Origin: Nemertoderma westbladi | Lineage: Eukaryota; Animalia; Xenacoelomorpha | Direction: 5' to 3' | Assembly (NCBI GenBank): GCA_032718475.1 | Contig: JAUCBJ010006791.1 | Span: 11,939 to 75,938 of the forward strand | Length of the DNA: 64,000 bases | Part shown: piece by piece, positions 61,054-64,000 of the stretch | How the letters are laid out: each line of letters starts with the position of its first letter | Numbering within the stretch: the stretch's first letter is position 1 | Made by a program: the position numbers and the translations under genes | The notes under the pieces: model-generated | Told to the model about the DNA's origin: nothing | The model's database searches: none | Seen by the model: the letters and a program-made list of their open reading frames with translations, nothing else

Positions 61054-62927
61054 AAACGCCACTGAATGGAATAGTCCAGTCAAAATAGGCGAGAAAAAGG
61101 CTCAACCTCGGACAAATTGCAACAGAATTAAATTTAATATTTTCTAGACCCAAATTTTAAGCTTATCAACATATCCAAAATCGGCCCAAATCGGGTTGTT
61201 GGAACTTGGATATAAAGACCATTTCACAATGGCAACAGAAATTCATACATAAATCACCCCTTTCCTATAATCCTACGGAATTCTAACCTTGACCTACCCC
61301 ACCTAAATCACTATCGGAGAATCCGATGGGGCACTTTTTGAAACCCGGTTACCATGACAACTGTGAGAAATACATCGTCAAACTTAATTGTACAGTGAAT
61401 TTATGACATTTTGCGTGTTCCCAATGTTGCTAAATTATGAAACTTGGTAATATTGTCCTTAAGCAAAAATGTTTTTTTCTAGATTCGGCATTGAAGTGGA
61501 AAAGCAATTGTCCTGTAACCTAGGTAATAAGAAAATAATATCACATATAATGTTTCTTCAGTTTAAATATGGTTACTATCATTTTAAAAAGAAACCAATT
61601 CAGGATCAAGTACCTCACATGTTGCTATGTTCAGACCATAATTTGCCAGCCAATCATGGCATTTCTTGTTGCCATGGCATCCGAAAATATTATTCAATAT
61701 GTGAAAATTCCATCGGAAACATTTTATATCTATTTCAGATGCATATCAATATGTTACATAGTCAACATTCATAATCACTAGCGAAGTCATTATTCTGTTG
61801 TTACCAAAGCAACAGGCATATCTTAGTTTTTATGTAGTTTTAGTAACGTATTTGGTATTTTATTGACATTGGAAGTTAATCATATTAAAGATTATTGAAA
61901 AAAAATTGTGTGGAGTCTGCTACAGTTATTTATTTAACGAAGTCTTGAATTTTGACCATAGCAACGGGAGTTTTGATCCTAATTCGGGAGTGACTTGTTA
62001 GAATTACTCCAAATTCAGTTTAATGTACATTTCAGTATTTTGTACCTTGAGCTGCTGTAGAAAATTACAAAATTATATTCGAATAATGTACTTAGCAACG
62101 AAAGTTTTCCTTAGCAACTGGGGTCTTTTAGTACCAAAATCGCGTTTTTAAAGTGACAACATGTTTTTTAATGAGCTGTGAAATTTAAATAACAGTAGCA
62201 AGTTCTCCTTGGCAACGTTGAATTTTATATAGCTAAAGCGAGTAGCCTTAGCAACGGGTAGTTTCACAAGGTAGCAACGACTTTTCAAATAATTACCCAG
62301 TTTTCTATATCAATGTTGAATAGTCAAAATTGAATGAAGTGGTGGGTGGAAGGGATCAACTGTATATTTGTATATCAACTGTATAAACCACAAAAACAAT
62401 GGGTAACCTATAGATTCACTTACCATTTGGTTTCATTGTTCTGCGGTCAGATGTCTGTTTTGGGAGAGTGGTAACAGAGTTTGGTGCGATTATAGAAGGT
62501 CATTGGTGCAATATAGATAGGCTTTGTCTAATCCTTTGTCCAGCTGATGAGGTGTGATGGTTTTTTGTTTATGTTGTTGTTTGTTTGTATCGCTTATTGT
62601 GGCAGTTCAAGTTTATAAAACACTGGTTCGGTAATTTTCTACAATCCAAAATGTCTATAATCAAAAACTAAGTAACATATATCAATAATTCTTATACACT
62701 CCTAATACTAATACTCATCATAATACTAATATACTTCACCAATATTAAGGCACTAACTCAAAAATGTATATAACCAGCTGTTTGCCTTAACCAACCAATA
62801 TACATTACATATTACACAATGTAGTCCTTCAATTAACGTACAGTATACTATGGGGATTGTCACACTCCCCGACAAAACATGCAAATAGTCTTTCAATTAA
62901 CGTACAGTATACTATGGGATTGTCACA

Positions 62928-63955
62928 CTCCCCGACAAAATATGCAATTACGACAACTTATACCATTCCACCAATAACTGCAATATAGTTACAATAATGA
63001 CAAAACATAAATGTGACAATGCTGTACAATACAAATCTGTATCAATAATTATATGCAAAAATATCTCACTTATAGTTACACAGTCACAGTTACTTATTTG
63101 ATGCACGACACCAACCCTACAGTTAGGTCTAGTTGTCAATTTCTAATGGGATAAGTCCTTGTACAGGTCGAGTGATAATTATACTGCTGATTTTTTTGCC
63201 TATTTTTGCAATTTTTACTTTTACAGATCTGATACTATTATCACGACCATGTAAGAGCTCTACTATAATCCCTAGCTTCCATAATTGGCGCGGTTTCTTG
63301 ATCTTAGAAGTAGTTTCATCCAGTAACACCACCTCACCAACCCTCGGCTGACGTGTCTGATATCGGCGAATAGAGTAATGCTGTCTAAGAGTTGTCAGAT
63401 ACTCGCGAGCCCAAATGTTCCAGAATTTATCTATCAATTGGTCTTTGTATTTGGTGCGTCGGGTCACATTCTCAGCATTCAATTCGTCATTAATATTATT
63501 ACTGCTGATATTATCTGTTTCAGGTCTTTCAGTGAGTCGCTTTCCGATTAATAAATGTGACGGAGTTAGAGGTTCCAAAATCTCGTCTGAATACACGTAA
63601 GTTAGTGGGCGACTGTTAATTACACTCTCAACTTTTATCAATAAGGTATGTAACTCGTCGCTATTCAATAATGCGTTTCCTATCGACTTCCTCAATGCTC
63701 TCTTCACACTTTGCACTAGTCGTTCCCAGTACCCTCCCCACCAAGGGGCATGTTCACATATAAAGTTCCATTTGATATTTAAATTTGCTATATGGGTTTG
63801 TGTTTTCTTGGCTGTGAAATTACTTCCATTATCTGAAGTTATTGTTGCTGGATATCCCCTGCGACCAAAGAATCTATCTAAACCACGGATAGTAAACTCC
63901 GCATCTATACTTTCTTGTAATTCAAAATGTACCGCTCTAGACGAATTACATGTAA
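62928..63955 (-). mobile_element. BEL/Pao element #4, integrase 3' half and 3' UTR; 3' LTR starts at 62927 and runs leftward (far end uncertain)
   Basis: TCNSSRAVHFEL, SDNGSNF, APWWGGYWERL, VESVINSRPLT, LTPSHLLIG, WKLGIIVELLHGRD; PPT GTCGGGGAG (62936-62928) followed by TGTGACA. Confidence 0.9.
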
Positions 63956-64000
63956 TGTGACAATCCCATAGTATACTGTACGTTAATTGAAAGACTATTT
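63956..64000 (+). repeat. Start of a BEL #4-family LTR in inverted orientation
   Basis: Exact reverse complement of 62883-62927, beginning at the terminal TG. Confidence 0.88.

Overview
AT-rich animal (probably invertebrate) nuclear DNA, almost entirely transposons and satellites, in the standard genetic code. In order: (1) a BEL/Pao LTR retrotransposon (+) whose gag and pol share one frame and are separated by a single TGA in a TGA-CTAG context followed by a perfect 10-bp hairpin; (2) a 4.2-kb 48-bp satellite; (3) a 13-kb related BEL/Pao element (-) with 1.24-kb LTRs, an open Gag-protease ORF lacking RT, most of RNase H and integrase, an extra orphan ORF, a duplicated structured RNA in its leader, and no tRNA-type PBS but a 12-nt site complementary to its own LTR (Tf1-like self-priming geometry); (4) an L2 LINE with an in-frame 1.6-kb (VGAAGAVHPG)n minisatellite; (5) a 7.7-kb 51-bp hairpin satellite; (6) a decayed BEL element with nested RTE, L2, Academ and MITE insertions; (7) one intact host gene with three coding exons, a rhodopsin-class GPCR (-), with an RTE LINE in an intron; (8) SINEs and LINE remnants; (9) a fourth BEL element whose integrase is interrupted by an inverted copy of its own LTR. 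All calls are by eye from motifs; no database search or folding was run.
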